Shown one piece after another: positions 41,780-53,472 of a stretch of 64,000 nucleotides of DNA. The translations under genes and the position numbers were made by a program. Origin of the DNA: Spirochaetia bacterium (GTDB taxonomy: Bacteria > Spirochaetota > Spirochaetia > SZUA-6 > Bin103); contig CBDAOI010000003.1 of the NCBI GenBank assembly GCA_965198005.1, forward strand, positions 704,001 through 768,000, in the 5' to 3' direction. Within the stretch, counting starts at the first letter, position 1. Each line of letters starts with the position of its first letter. The notes beneath the pieces were generated by a model, which worked only from the letters and a program-made list of their open reading frames with translations, was not told the origin of the DNA and did no database searches.

Positions 41780-43643
41780 GAGTCTGTCGGATTGACCGTA
41801 CGGGGCAGGCGGAGGAGAACGGCAGCGGTCTCCAGAGCGAGTAGCGGCTGTGTGAATTTCATGCTGTCACGGATCGTTGGGTTGTGCCGCCGCTTGATCA
41901 GAAGGAATGGCCACAGGGATCAGTCGAGAGTGCCCATCACGGACCCGGAGTGGCCTGCTGGCACTGTTGTGGTGATGGCTGGACATGGTTTTTGATTTCG
42001 GTTAGTGTTGCAGGCACATACTCTGCACACGAGGTGTTCATGGCCGAGGATTTTCGTGCGCTTGATCGAGACACGCCGATGCTGCTGCCGGCGTCCATTC
42101 AAGAGTGGCTACCGGAGCAGCACATGGCGCGCTTTGTAGTGGAAATAGTGGAGCAACTGGAGCTCGGTGAAATAACGAGCCAGTATGGAGGTAGCGGCGG
42201 CAAGCAGGCGTATCATCCGGCCATGCTGGTGGCGCTGTTGTTTTATGGCTACGCTACCGGGGTGTTTTCCAGTCGCAAGCTGGAGCAGGCGACGTACGAT
42301 TCGGTGGCGTTTCGCTACATCACCGGAGGTGAGCATCCGGACCATGATACGATAGCTAATTTTCGCAAGCGGTTTCTGGCGGAGTTACAAGGGCTGTTCA
42401 AGCAGATTCTGGTGCTGGCGAAGACGCTGGGGACGCTGCGGCTGGGACGGGTGAGCCTGGATGGGACGAAGGTGCAGGGGAACGCGAGCAAGCACAAAGC
42501 GATGAGCTGGGGGCATGCGACGAAGCTGGAGCGGCAGTTGGAGGGGGAGGTAGAGAAGCTGCTGGAGCTGGCGGAGCGAGCGGACGCGGAGGGGGAGCAG
42601 GAACAGCAGGAGCTGGACATTCCGGAAGAATTGCAGCGCCGGGAGGAGCGGCTGGCAGCGATTCGGGAAGCGCAGGAGAAGATCAAGGAGCGGGCGGAGG
42701 AGCGGCATGCGGCGGAGCAAGCGGAGTACGAAGCGAAGCTGAAGCGACGGCAGGAACGGGAAGCGGAGACCGGCAAGAAGCTGGGAGGGAGACCGCCGAA
42801 GGAGCCTGAAGCAGGACCGAGAGAGAAAGATCAAGTGAACTTCACGGATGAAGAATCACGGATCATGCCGGGGGCGAACGGGGCGTTCATACAGGGCTAC
42901 AACGCGCAAGCGGTGGTGGAGCAGGACAGTCACATGGTGGTGGGCAACCACGTCAGCCAAGCGGCCAACGACAAGCAGGAAGTGGCGCCGGCGCTGAACG
43001 AGTTGGGAAAGGTGGCAGACGAGCTGGGCAAGCCGGAGGCGCTGGTGGCGGATGCCGGGTACCACAGCAAAGAGAACGTGGAGCGGTGCGTGGAACAGGA
43101 CATCGAGCCGTATATCGCGGGGAGCCGGGAACGCCACAACCGGTCGCTGGAAGACCGTCTGAAAGCACCCCCGGAGTGTCCTGCTGATGCGGATGCGGTG
43201 ACGGCGATGCAGCATCGTTTGCAGACGGCTGAGGGGAAGGCGATCTATAGCAAGCGGAAGTCCACGGTGGAGACGGTGTTCGGGGTGATCAAGGAGGTGC
43301 TGGGATTCCGCCGCTTTCATCTGCGCGGGTTACGCGGCGCCGAGGGGGAATGGAGTCTGGTGTGCACGGCGTGGAATCTGAAGCGGATGTATGCTCTGGC
43401 AGGAGGATAAGTGGGGTCAGTGGGTCCCGATGGTCGAGCTGTGGCGCCGGAACGGGCGCCGGAGCCACCTTGGAGGGTGTTGCTGGCGTCACGATCCCTC
43501 CCGAAGGGCCTCAATCCCTCCCGGAGGGCCTGTCTTGACCACTCGACCGAGCGCAACCAAGCGCTGGCGAGCCAGGCGGCCGCTACGGCGTTCCCTTGGG
43601 CTCGCTCACTTCATAACCCCGCGATCATGACTCCGACAGACTC
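41780..43643 (+). mobile_element. IS1182-family insertion sequence, intact
   Basis: TIRs GAGTCTGTCGGA / TCCGACAGACTC, flanked by a CTAG duplication (41776-41779, 43644-43647). Confidence 0.92.
42040..43410 (+). CDS. IS1182-family DDE transposase
   Basis: YGYATGVFSSRKLE, PDHDTIANFR, LDGTKV, TDEESR, ADAGY, RKSTVETVFG. Confidence 0.95.
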   Translation: MAEDFRALDRDTPMLLPASIQEWLPEQHMARFVVEIVEQLELGEITSQYGGSGGKQAYHPAMLVALLFYGYATGVFSSRKLEQATYDSVAFRYITGGEHPDHDTIANFRKRFLAELQGLFKQILVLAKTLGTLRLGRVSLDGTKVQGNASKHKAMSWGHATKLERQLEGEVEKLLELAERADAEGEQEQQELDIPEELQRREERLAAIREAQEKIKERAEERHAAEQAEYEAKLKRRQEREAETGKKLGGRPPKEPEAGPREKDQVNFTDEESRIMPGANGAFIQGYNAQAVVEQDSHMVVGNHVSQAANDKQEVAPALNELGKVADELGKPEALVADAGYHSKENVERCVEQDIEPYIAGSRERHNRSLEDRLKAPPECPADADAVTAMQHRLQTAEGKAIYSKRKSTVETVFGVIKEVLGFRRFHLRGLRGAEGEWSLVCTAWNLKRMYALAGG

Positions 43644-43894
43644 CTAGCCGCGCGCATCGACGGCAGCGGTGCCTCGCCTCCCGCGTCAGACTGTCACTCG
43701 TCGTCGGGTAGCTGGAGCAACCGCTCGCTCCGCCACACACCAGTGGGATCCATGCGGGACTTCGCCTCGCTGCTCCGCCTGCCCACGGTCTGAATGGACA
43801 CGCTACCACCTAAAGTGCGCCTGTAGAACAATGGGCGCCGGCGTGCGTGTGCGGGACCAGACGAGTCGTGCTCGCCTCGCTCACCGAGAAGTGC

Positions 43895-44065
43895 TTGCCC
43901 TCGCGTGGCCGGCCGGCCATACTCCTCGTTCGCCTATGGGGACCGACGCCATCCACTCCAGCCGCCGGCTAGCGCTGACGCGGCGCCACGACCGCGGTGG
44001 GTCGCGCTTGACACCGATTTCGGCCGGCCGTTATACTCGTTCGCCTATGGGGACCGACACCATCC
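43895..44065 (+). promoter_or_regulatory. Two tandem promoter-bearing repeats upstream of module 6
   Basis: TTGCCC-17-CATACT (43895) and TTGACA-18-TATACT (44008), each followed by CGTTCGCCTATGGGGACCGAC. Confidence 0.6.
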
Positions 44066-44424
44066 ACCGACTACCTAACCGCGCGACAGCCAGCCGCTCG
44101 GCGCCGGTGCTGAGCGCGGCACCATTGATGCGTGTGGCACACAGCCGCCACGCATCCGTGCGTCCAGCGGCCGACCCCGTCGGCCGCCACTTCCACCAGT
44201 CCGGACCAACATGCGTAGCGACGCTTGCCGGCCGCCACCACGCGTGGCGTGCCCAGGCATGCCCTTTCGGCGCGGCGCGCGGGCGTCAAAGGAGGTACGG
44301 CCTAGAGGATTAACGCAGAGACCGGGCGGCCGCGAAAGGGTGTCGCCCTCGCTCGACTAAGGGAGCAGGCGAGGGGCCGGCAGTGGCAACAGCGCTCTCG
44401 AAATTTTTTGTGAAGGAGATCTCA

Positions 44425-46239
44425 ATGAGATTTTTCAAAACAGGCGTCGCGATAGTGTGCGGCCTCATGCTGACCGCGACCGGCCTCTGGGCCACCGGCG
44501 CGGACGAGGAGCCCGCAGCCGTTGCCGACAGAGAGACGGTGTTCGACCCCGCCAGCGGCATAACCTGGACCGCGCCAGAGTATGGCGGGACACTCACGTG
44601 GGGCGCTAACGGTCTGCCCAAGAATACTGATCTGTGGGCGCCTGGTGGCTGGACGCCTCACCTCATCAGTGGCGTTAATGAGAAGCTAGTCCACGGCAAC
44701 TGGGCAATATCCAGGGAAAAGGTGGCTGAACTAGCTTGGATTTATTCGAGCCCAGAGATGTACAGAGGGGCTCTGGCTGAAAGCTGGGAAATGCCCGACG
44801 ACACAACGTGGATCTGGAACATCCGCCAGGGCGTTTACTACCATGATAAGGCGCCGATGAACGGTCGGGAGTTCGATGCTTATGACGTCGAATGGAACTA
44901 TCACCGCTTTTGGGGTCTGGGTGATTTCACCGAAAACGGACCTACCCCCAACCTGGCTGTAAGAGGTTTTGGTCTAGAGCTCGAATCGGCAACGGCCACC
45001 GACAAATGGACGGTTGAGCTTAAGCTGACGAAGCCTTACCCCAATACGGTGTACTTGATGTCCCACAACCTGACTTGGATGTTAGCCCGCGAGGTAGTCG
45101 AGGAATACGGCGACTATGGGGATTGGAGGAACGTGGTCGGCACGGGGCCCTATCGACTGACTGACCTTGTCGAGGACACCTCGGCAACCTGGGAGAAGAA
45201 TCCCAACTACTGGGGCTACGACGAGAAATTCCCGGAGAACCGCCTACCCTATATTGACACGTTAAGGAACCTCGTTATACCCGACGAGGTAGCACGCCTG
45301 GCGGCAATGCGCACGCGTAAGATTGACATGCTGAGTATGACCGGCGACGCTCGGATATTCAGCGTCGACAATATAGAGAGCCTCCAGAAGACCAACCCTG
45401 AAATCGAGGTGTGGCCCGTTTATGCCTTTTCGAGTGGCTCTCATATTTTTAACCAGTCTCTGCCACTCATGCAGCACGTCAATGTGCGCAAGGCACTGCA
45501 GATGTCAGTGGACCGCGAGACAATTTCCGCTACCTTCCTTGGGGGTTGGGGAGATCCAGCGCCTAATGGGTTAATAAGTCAAAGGCAGGTAGGGTGGAGC
45601 TGGCCATATGAAGAATGGCCCGAAGAGGTCAAGGCAGGCTATAGGTATGACCCGGAAAGGGCAGAAGCGTTGCTTGATGAGGCCGGATATCCACGAGGCG
45701 CCGACGGCGTTCGATTCACGCTCAAGATAGGCCATGCCGGTTGGTCCGATCCGGCCTATCCAGAAGTCGTCATAGCGTACTTCGACGCCATTGGTGTTAA
45801 AAGCGAGCTGGTTGTGGTTCCTGGCGCTGAGGTGGGACATTACATGTCTACGGAAGCGCACGAGCTCCACATGGTTAATTGGGTGGCATATCCGTCATTT
45901 CCCCCCTCGCCCGATGTATATAGGCTAACAAGTAACCCCTGGAGTCGAACACTCGGTCGTCACTGGAGCAAAGCGAAGGACCCGGAAATGGACGCCCTGA
46001 TTGCCGAAATGCAAGCTACTACCACCGCGGAGGAGTGGCAGAGCTTACATGTACAGGTCGATGAGAAAACTGTAAGGGAGCACTGGGGCCTAGTTAAACC
46101 CATCTCCCCTCAGTTTAGCGTGACGCAGCCGTGGGTCGAGGGCTATTTCGGTGAAGCAGGTCTGGGATACGCTGAACGTAATACCTTCAAGGCCCGCCTC
46201 TGGATTGATAGTGCGCTGAAGGCAGAAATGGGCTACTAG
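44425..46239 (+). CDS. Peptide ABC substrate-binding protein (module 6)
   Basis: AAGGAG RBS; signal peptide ...TATGLWA; APEYGGTLT; SBP family 5 motifs. Confidence 0.94.
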   Translation: MRFFKTGVAIVCGLMLTATGLWATGADEEPAAVADRETVFDPASGITWTAPEYGGTLTWGANGLPKNTDLWAPGGWTPHLISGVNEKLVHGNWAISREKVAELAWIYSSPEMYRGALAESWEMPDDTTWIWNIRQGVYYHDKAPMNGREFDAYDVEWNYHRFWGLGDFTENGPTPNLAVRGFGLELESATATDKWTVELKLTKPYPNTVYLMSHNLTWMLAREVVEEYGDYGDWRNVVGTGPYRLTDLVEDTSATWEKNPNYWGYDEKFPENRLPYIDTLRNLVIPDEVARLAAMRTRKIDMLSMTGDARIFSVDNIESLQKTNPEIEVWPVYAFSSGSHIFNQSLPLMQHVNVRKALQMSVDRETISATFLGGWGDPAPNGLISQRQVGWSWPYEEWPEEVKAGYRYDPERAEALLDEAGYPRGADGVRFTLKIGHAGWSDPAYPEVVIAYFDAIGVKSELVVVPGAEVGHYMSTEAHELHMVNWVAYPSFPPSPDVYRLTSNPWSRTLGRHWSKAKDPEMDALIAEMQATTTAEEWQSLHVQVDEKTVREHWGLVKPISPQFSVTQPWVEGYFGEAGLGYAERNTFKARLWIDSALKAEMGY

Positions 46240-46274
46240 GGGCTCCACCCCTTGGAGCTTAGCTCAGGGAAAAA

Positions 46275-46306
46275 GGGAGCTGGGGGGTTCACGCTTCCCA
46301 GCTCCC
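46275..46306 (+). terminator. Hairpin after SBP (also 58795-58825)
   Basis: GGGAGCTGGG...CCCAGCTCCC. Confidence 0.55.
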
Positions 46307-46380
46307 ATACTCCTGGAGAGGGCGACGAGATTGCCACGCCCCGATAAATCGGAGCTCGCAATGACAGGGAGGAGTGTGAC

Positions 46381-47382
46381 ATGAGAGCCTATATCATAAG
46401 GCGGCTATTGCTCATAATCCCCACCCTGCTTATTCTGAGCATCCTGGTCTTTCTCTTGGTCCGCTTTATCCCAGGTGATATAATAGACGTAATGGCGGGA
46501 ACTATAGATTCGACGCAAATGGACCTGGACCGTGAAGCTGTTGAGCGTATTCTGGGATTGGACGTGCCTGTCTACGTACAGTACGGACGCTGGATAGGAG
46601 TGTTGCCTACCCCTGACTGGATTACCAAGAAGTCTCACTTCAACGGTATCCTCCAGGGCACCCTTGGCAAATCACTGATTGGCGGCCAACGCCCGATAGA
46701 GGAGCAGATAATAGCTAAATTGCCAGTTACCATACAGCTTGGCGTCATGGCAATCGTAATCGCGCTGGTGATAGCCCTGCCCGTCGGCGTCTACTCGGCG
46801 ATTCGCCAGGATACGGCCACCGACTACGTGGGGCGCACCGCGGCCGTCATCGGCCTGGCGACGCCTAACTTCTGGCTGGCAATTATGGTAACGCTCTACC
46901 CGGCAATCTGGTGGGGCTGGTCGCCATCGGTAGAGTATATCCCTCTTGTCGAAGACCCGCTGGGGACCCTGGTGATGTTTCTCATTCCCGCCGCAATTCT
47001 GGGGACGGCCATGTCGGCAGCCACCATGCGGCTGACACGCACCATGATGCTGGAGGTGCTCAGGCAGGACTATATCAGGACAGCCTGGTCCAAGGGTCTC
47101 AAGGAGAGGGTAGTTATTGTGAGACACGCCGTCAAGAATGCCCTTATCCCGGTGGTTACGTTGATAGGCCTGCAGTTGCCTCTGCTGGTAGGTGGCTCCG
47201 TTATCATGGAGAACATATTTAACCTGCCGGGGATAGGTCGTATGTTTCTGGATTCACTCGAGGCCAGAGACTACCCGGTGATCCAAGGAGTAAACCTGTT
47301 TTTCGCCACCGTAGTTATGCTTATCATTCTAGTTATCGACGTGATTTATCCCTATTTGGACCCCAGGGTCCGCTACAGCTAG
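46381..47382 (+). CDS. DppB-like permease (module 6)
   Basis: MRAYIIRRLL, LATPNFWL, DPRVRYS. Confidence 0.94.
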   Translation: MRAYIIRRLLLIIPTLLILSILVFLLVRFIPGDIIDVMAGTIDSTQMDLDREAVERILGLDVPVYVQYGRWIGVLPTPDWITKKSHFNGILQGTLGKSLIGGQRPIEEQIIAKLPVTIQLGVMAIVIALVIALPVGVYSAIRQDTATDYVGRTAAVIGLATPNFWLAIMVTLYPAIWWGWSPSVEYIPLVEDPLGTLVMFLIPAAILGTAMSAATMRLTRTMMLEVLRQDYIRTAWSKGLKERVVIVRHAVKNALIPVVTLIGLQLPLLVGGSVIMENIFNLPGIGRMFLDSLEARDYPVIQGVNLFFATVVMLIILVIDVIYPYLDPRVRYS

Positions 47383-47391
47383 AGGGAGCAT

Positions 47392-48312
47392 ATGAGCGAC
47401 GCCACACGGATACCATCAGCAGAAATTGCGCCAAAGAGACGTTCCCGGCCGGCTGCGTTCTTTATCAGGCTGGTCAAGGAGAAGCCGCTGGGTACTGCCA
47501 GCGGGATTATCATATTGATATGGATTGTCATCGCAATCTTTGCCGATGCTCTGACCCCTTATCCACCTTTTGAAATGAACCTGCCAGACCGGCTGCAGGG
47601 CTCATCCGTCCAGCATCTCCTGGGGACGGACCACATAGGGCGAGACTTCTTGAGCCGCCTGATCCTCGGGGCGCGTATTTCGATACTGATCGGTCTGGCA
47701 GCGACCGCTCTGAGTACGGTGATCAGTACTTTGATAGGCGGAACTTCAGGATTCCTTGGTGGTAAGTTTGACATTATGGTGCAGAGGGTTGTCGATGCCT
47801 GGATAGTTTTCCCGGGACTGCTCGTGTTGCTAACCATAATGTCTATAGTGGGGCGGGGTATACCACAGATAATACTGGTCCTGGGGATATCAGGAGGCAT
47901 TGGCGGCAGCAGACTAATCCGAAGCGCCGTTATCGCCATCAAGGGGAGTGACAATTTTCTGGCAGCAGAGGCGGTTGGCAACACAAAATGGCGTTCATTC
48001 ATCCGACATGTCCTGCCCAATGTTATGCCTGTCGTCATCATCATGTTCTCGATAACCGTAGGAGGCGTAATCCTGAGTATTGCTTCTCTGAGCTTCCTCG
48101 GTTACGGTCTGCCCCCCACGAGTCCTGACTGGGGAGGTCTGCTCAGCCGGGAAGGGCGTCAATACATGGAGCAGGCGCCCTGGCTGGCGGTCTGGCCCGG
48201 TCTTTGCCTGACTATTGCCGTTTACTGTCTAAACATGCTCGGCGACGCCATGCGGGACCTCCTCGACCCGAGGTTGCGTGGCGCAACCACGCTCAGGGGC
48301 GGCGCGGGGTGA
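47392..48312 (+). CDS. DppC-like permease (module 6)
   Basis: LGTDHIGRD, RHVLPNV, DLLDPRLRG. Confidence 0.94.
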   Translation: MSDATRIPSAEIAPKRRSRPAAFFIRLVKEKPLGTASGIIILIWIVIAIFADALTPYPPFEMNLPDRLQGSSVQHLLGTDHIGRDFLSRLILGARISILIGLAATALSTVISTLIGGTSGFLGGKFDIMVQRVVDAWIVFPGLLVLLTIMSIVGRGIPQIILVLGISGGIGGSRLIRSAVIAIKGSDNFLAAEAVGNTKWRSFIRHVLPNVMPVVIIMFSITVGGVILSIASLSFLGYGLPPTSPDWGGLLSREGRQYMEQAPWLAVWPGLCLTIAVYCLNMLGDAMRDLLDPRLRGATTLRGGAG

Positions 48313-48355
48313 GGGGGGCGAGGCACCTGCGATTCATTCGAATGGAGGAATTGAC

Positions 48356-48922
48356 ATGAACTCATCTAATGAACAAGTTATTTTTGAAGACCGCTTCGAT
48401 GGGGCGCTAGACGAAGGCTGGTCATGGCTGAGGGAGAACCCGGACCGTTGGCGTATTCGAGACAGCGGGCTGGAGATTTGCGTCGAGCCCGGTGACGCGG
48501 CTACGGTCAGGAACGCGTTGCTCAGGCCCGCGCCAGACCGCGGCGCTGGCACATTTGCCATCGAAGTGACCGTTACCAACCACACCTATCCAACCCAGCC
48601 GTACGAGCAAGCGGGCATCACCTGGTACAATGGCGGCAAGCCGGTATTCAAGGAGGTGAAGGAGCTCCTCGACGGCGAGCTTTACATCATCCCCGGGCGG
48701 CAGCCGATGGCGGCGAAGAGCGTCCGACTGCGCTTGCTGGTTAGCGCGGATTCTTGGGAAGCACAATATCGCCCCGAAGATGCGACAGAATTCCAAACGG
48801 CGGCAACAGGCGACCTTCCCCCGCCGGGCGACGACCAGGTGAGTATCCAGTGCTATAACGGCCCGGCAGATGCGGCGCATTGGATTCGGTTCGAGAACTT
48901 CAGCATTACGTCATTAACCTAA
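48356..48922 (+). CDS. DUF1349 / concanavalin A-like protein (copy 2)
   Basis: Near-identical to 39171-39737; GGAGG RBS. Confidence 0.7.
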   Translation: MNSSNEQVIFEDRFDGALDEGWSWLRENPDRWRIRDSGLEICVEPGDAATVRNALLRPAPDRGAGTFAIEVTVTNHTYPTQPYEQAGITWYNGGKPVFKEVKELLDGELYIIPGRQPMAAKSVRLRLLVSADSWEAQYRPEDATEFQTAATGDLPPPGDDQVSIQCYNGPADAAHWIRFENFSITSLT

Positions 48923-48929
48923 CTTTTCT

Positions 48930-49916
48930 ATGACAGGGACACTGGAACAACGCCCCTTCGGGCGTACGGGTCAGACGGTCAGCGTCATCGGGCTGGGTGG
49001 CGCCGCTCTCCACAAGCACAGCTATCAGCACGGGCTGGCCACCGTCAAACATGCGCTCGAGCTGGGGATCAGCTATTTCGATACCTCTCCTTTATATGGC
49101 ATAGCAGGCCCTGATGGTAAGTGGATCAGCCAGGGTGAGTCGCAGCGCATTGTCGGCGAGGGGCTCGAGGGGACGAGCAAGCCGCATCTGCTGGCGACCA
49201 AGATCGGTGCCTGGCAGAGGCACAATCACACGGTAGAAGATTGTCTGGCGGAGGTGCGCGATAACCTCCGTATCCTGCGTCGTGACCGCGTCGACGTGCT
49301 CCTGGGCCACGATATGGAGCAGCGGCGATTCTGGAGGCCGGACGCGAACACGGGGGAGCTGCTGGAGATCGATGAGCCGCTCGACTACGAGAATGCGCCG
49401 GTGATGCAAGCCCTTCGTGAAGCAAAGGCGCAGGGGCTGTGCCGATACATTGGCCTCAGTTCAAACAAGTCCGCGCCCTTGGCTCACGTCCTGAACCGGG
49501 TAGAGCTGGACATGTGCCTGTCGGCCCACGAGTATTCGCTGCTGGCCCGCCGTTCCCCGCAGGTGATGCTGCCGGTCATTAGTGAGCAGGGGATTGCTTA
49601 TGTCGTGGGAGGGATTTTCTCCAACGTTGGTCTGGGCGTGTCAAATGAAGCCTCGCCGTTTCAGCTCGCCCCCAAAGGTCCTCTGGCTCGGGTTGGCGGG
49701 ATATTCTCAGATGAGCGCCTCCTCAAGTTGGCCCGGGCGACCGGTATTTCGATCGCAGCATTGACGGTTCGCTTTTTGATCGCTAATAAAGAACTACCGA
49801 CCATCCTTGTGGGTGCGTCCACACCCGAGGAACTCGAGGAGAGCGTCGTGGCCGCGCAGGCAGGTCCGCTACCGCCTGATATTCAGCAAACCCTGGAGGA
49901 ACCTGAAAGACTATAG
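48930..49916 (+). CDS. Aldo/keto reductase
   Basis: RPFGRTG..VSVIGLGG, GISYFDTSPLYG, LATKIG, GLCRYIGLS. Confidence 0.9.
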   Translation: MTGTLEQRPFGRTGQTVSVIGLGGAALHKHSYQHGLATVKHALELGISYFDTSPLYGIAGPDGKWISQGESQRIVGEGLEGTSKPHLLATKIGAWQRHNHTVEDCLAEVRDNLRILRRDRVDVLLGHDMEQRRFWRPDANTGELLEIDEPLDYENAPVMQALREAKAQGLCRYIGLSSNKSAPLAHVLNRVELDMCLSAHEYSLLARRSPQVMLPVISEQGIAYVVGGIFSNVGLGVSNEASPFQLAPKGPLARVGGIFSDERLLKLARATGISIAALTVRFLIANKELPTILVGASTPEELEESVVAAQAGPLPPDIQQTLEEPERL

Positions 49917-50160
49917 AGACAAAGTCGCGGTGATCACCGGCGCAGGGCGCGGCATCGGCCGAGGGATTGCCCTCCACTGTGCCAAGGAAGGGATGAAGGT
50001 CGTCCTGGCCGGATTCGGGATGGAATCCCTCACCAATACCGCCGCCGACCTGAAGGCGCTCGGGGCCGAGACGCTGATCGTCCAGACGGATGTATCCCAG
50101 GTAGAACAGGTGGAAGACCTGGCAGCAGCCACGGTCGAAGCATTTGGGCAGGTCGACCTC
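49900..50160 (+). pseudogene. Short-chain dehydrogenase N-terminal fragment
   Basis: KVAVITGAGRGIGRGIA...TDVS...FGQVDL. Confidence 0.85.
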
Positions 50161-50259
50161 CAAGACTTGCGACGCCTTGAACGCAAGATCCGCAGACAAG
50201 CCCACTCCCTCGGTTATGACCTTGTCCCGGAGGTCGCCTCACTGGTTGTTTCTAAGAAG
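50160..50259 (+). mobile_element. Possible IS110-family transposase 3' tip and right end
   Basis: KIRRQAHSLGYDLVP followed by GTTTCTAAGAAG; weak recognition. Confidence 0.4.
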
Positions 50260-50924
50260 CTTCCCACCGGTCGGACTGGTCGGCGGCCGGAGTTGCCATG
50301 CAAGAAACAACGCAGCTATACTGTATGCGGGATCGGATGGCGCGCGAGGAGGCCGTCGAGTCACTGGTGTGCCGCCCTACGGGGCGAACCCGTTAAGAAG
50401 CTTGGTCCCGGGGCTTGTGAAGTTGACATTGGTGAGATCGCAGACTGGCATTGTCCGGTCGCGATCATCCCGTTCAGAAGAATACCTGTTGTTCACGCCC
50501 CGCCGCACCATCCACCCATCACACAGGAGGACGCAGGACGCCACAGACAGCCATTCAGTTCCTTGAACGCTCATCCTGACTTGATTGTTTCTCAGAAGAA
50601 GAAGAAGGCGGTTTCGACGAGCAGGGCACCTTCGTCTACATACCTCTTGGCCACCTCGAGACTATGACCGAGCTCCTACGCCGCCGAGTGATCGCGTTGC
50701 TGGGCGCTTGCCCGCGCCCGCTGCCCGCCGGCGGCGGCGGCGTCTTCATCGAGCCTCATCCAGCCCGCTTCGGCCTCCCTAGCCGCGGCAATCTTGCCAC
50801 ACCCGCCTGCGACGGCCGTCGCGACCGCGACCACCGCCAACCCCTCGCCCTCGTCCTGATCAGTCACGACCACGACGCGGCTCGCGGTGCTTTACGCTCG
50901 TTCGGGTTCTCGATTACTGTTCCT

Positions 50925-51730
50925 ATCACTTCATTATAGCCTGTGAGCCACGGCTGGGTCGCCGCATAGGTCGGGGCGATCGGACCAAATATCGTCCAGT
51001 ACTGCTCTATCGCATACTGATTCAGCTCTTTAGTAATGTTATTTGCTTCCTCCATAGTGGAAGCGGCCAACTTCTCCGCATGCTTGGCGTTATACCATGG
51101 GTCGTCGGTATTGGAGGTGTTCCGCCAATTCCACATAGTCCGTCTCGTAGCGGCCTAGATGCATAAGGTCGGTCTTGAATCGGATGACAGCCTGTGTAAT
51201 ATGCCGACTAAGCTGCCCCTGAGGTATTATATCGGCATAACCCTTATAGAATGCGTTGTTGATCTCTTCGAGGTTAATTGCCATCCGCAGCGCCTTGCGC
51301 ACCCTGATATCGTCAATCTGCGCCAACTGAACGTTCATGCCAATACTGTTATGCCCCGCATCGGAAGCCGGCCATATCCCGAGCTTGGAGTTGGTATTCA
51401 GGAGGCTTTCTACCTCCTCGAGAGTCTGTATCGGGGTCACGCCGAGAGAACCTAGGTAATCAAGCTGACCCGATCGCAGCGCCGCCATAGGTGTCGGCGG
51501 TTCCGTCATATTCAGGGTCCTTACCTCGTCAACATAGGGCAGGCGGTTCTCCGGATATTTTCGTCGTGGCCCCAGTAGTCGGGATTCTTCGTATGAGTGA
51601 AAGAGCTGCCCTCGACCCAGTCAGTCAGCATCATGGGTCCGGTGCCGACCAGGTTCCTCCAGTCGTTAGCGTGTCCGTCTTCCTCGATGACGTCGGGCGG
51701 GTATATCAAGCCGAACTCATCGTCCAAGAT
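50925..51730 (-). pseudogene. Eroded SBP remnant with multiple internal deletions
   Basis: WRNLVGTGPM, ALRSGQLD, DIRVRKAL, QPWLTGYN in disjoint pieces. Confidence 0.85.
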
Positions 51731-51823
51731 AGTTGGTCGGGTCGTCGGGTAGTCGGGTAGTCGGGTAGTGTCACCGTACGCGGGCAAGCGTAAGTACCGC
51801 GCGCCTTTGTGCAAGCGGCCACC

Positions 51824-52217
51824 CCGGGGCCGCGGGTACCGCTACACGGGCAAGATCTCTACACTGCCGAGCAGGCCGCCGAGTTGCTGCGGGTGACCAA
51901 CAGCACCGTGATCCGCTGGGTGGAAGCCGGTATGCTCCGCGGTACGCAGGTCACGGCGGGGGCACCTTGGAGGATCGTTGTCACCGACGAGGACATCGCC
52001 AAGCTCAAGCCTACCGATCACACCGACGGATGGCTCTCGCTGAAGGCGGCAGCGGCGGCGCTGGGCACCAGCCCGAATGCCGTTTTGCAAAGAGTCAGTC
52101 GCGGCGAGCTCGAGGGTGGTCGGGTTCGCTCAGGCCGTCGCATCGGTTGGAGAATTCGTTTACCAGAAACGACTTACGCAGATCAACCGGCGCTCTTTTC
52201 AAGCTCCGATGACCAAC
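51824..52217 (+). repeat. Duplicate of the 3' end of the serine recombinase gene (HTH repeats)
   Basis: Near-identical to 55448-55879 but without the 38-nt duplication. Confidence 0.9.
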
Positions 52218-52544
52218 TTACACAGTGCATTCCAGACTACTTATGACGATGATGATCTGCCCGCCCAGGTCCTGATTCTGTACCGGCCCCACCCGCTGGC
52301 TGGGCAGCAGGTGAGAGTCATCCAGCGACGACGTCATGGCCACCAGACATTCTGGCGGGTGCTTCTGCCAGACGGCTCGCATGCCGAGCTGCCGGCCGCG
52401 TGGACCGATCAACCAACTACCGAGTCCGCGTACTCCGCCGTGGATAATGGCGAACGCCCCGCGACGCCGCAGGCGCTCAGAGAGCTCCTTACCGTGGTGG
52501 AGCCGCTTGTTGGCAGCTCTAGCCAGCGACGACTTGTATTGTAG
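52209..52544 (+). CDS. DUF5372 (Y4bD/Y4pK)-like small protein of the recombinase element, interrupted near its 3' end by IS1595
   Basis: YRPHPLAGQQVRV...LPDGSHAELPAAWTD. Confidence 0.65.
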   Translation: MTNLHSAFQTTYDDDDLPAQVLILYRPHPLAGQQVRVIQRRRHGHQTFWRVLLPDGSHAELPAAWTDQPTTESAYSAVDNGERPATPQALRELLTVVEPLVGSSSQRRLVL

Positions 52545-53427
52545 GGCATGCCACGTCCTTCCTTCCCGGTGGGTCTGCGTGAGTTCCAACGCCAGTTTGC
52601 GACCGAGGAGGCTTGTTACCTGGGCGGTCGTTGGCCTGACGGGTTCATTTGTCCGCGATGTGATCACCGGCGCGCGTACGTTGGTGAAACTTCGCAGTGC
52701 ACGGCCTGTCGGTACCAGGTGTCTCTGACATCGGACGATTCTGCACAATACGTGCCCCTGACGGTGTGGTTCTGGGCCGATCATGACCACCATACGCGCG
52801 GGATACCAGCGAGTGCGACGATACGAGACCGTGGATGATGCTTCACAAGCCGACGAGGATGGTCAATGATCGCGAACGGTGACATAGAGATCGACGACAC
52901 GATCGGAGGCACTCAGGCCGGCGCGGGAGCCGCCGCTCAGAGAAGCGTGGCAATAAGACTGGACGGGCTCGTATGACGGTGATCCCCGATTTCAAGGCCA
53001 TCACGCTCAAGAGTTTCATCACGCAGAACGTGGCGCCAGGATCGAGGATCTACACCGACGCAAGACCTTCACCGGCCTGGAGCAAGCGGGATTCAAGCAC
53101 ATCGCCCGCTCGCAGCCGCTGAGGATCGATCTGCGGAAAGGCGCCCAGTCGGTGGTGCCCCTGGCTGACCGAGCGATCGGCAACCTCCAACAGTGGCTGA
53201 TCGGCACCTACCACGGTGTCAGTCGCGCTCAGCTGCAGGTGTATCTTGATGAATTCGTCTTTCGATACAATCGCCGCAAGCACCCTATGGCGGCTTTCCA
53301 AACGCTGCTCGGCCTTGGCACAGGCCAGACGCCCACGACCTACAATCGCATTCGTGGCGCCCGTGACCAAGAAGCGTCGTCGACTTATCGTCGGCTGAAA
53401 CAACCGTATAAGCTAGTGGCAGCTACC
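52512..53427 (+). mobile_element. IS1595-family element, heavily frameshifted
   Basis: EFQRQFATEEAC, RWPDGFICPRC, IYTD, GTYHGVS..LQVYLDEFVFRYNRR; right end GCTAGTGGCAGCTACC. Confidence 0.8.
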
Positions 53428-53472
53428 AGCTGAGAGAGCCTTGCCCCGAGGATTTATCCGGCGGAGGCAGCG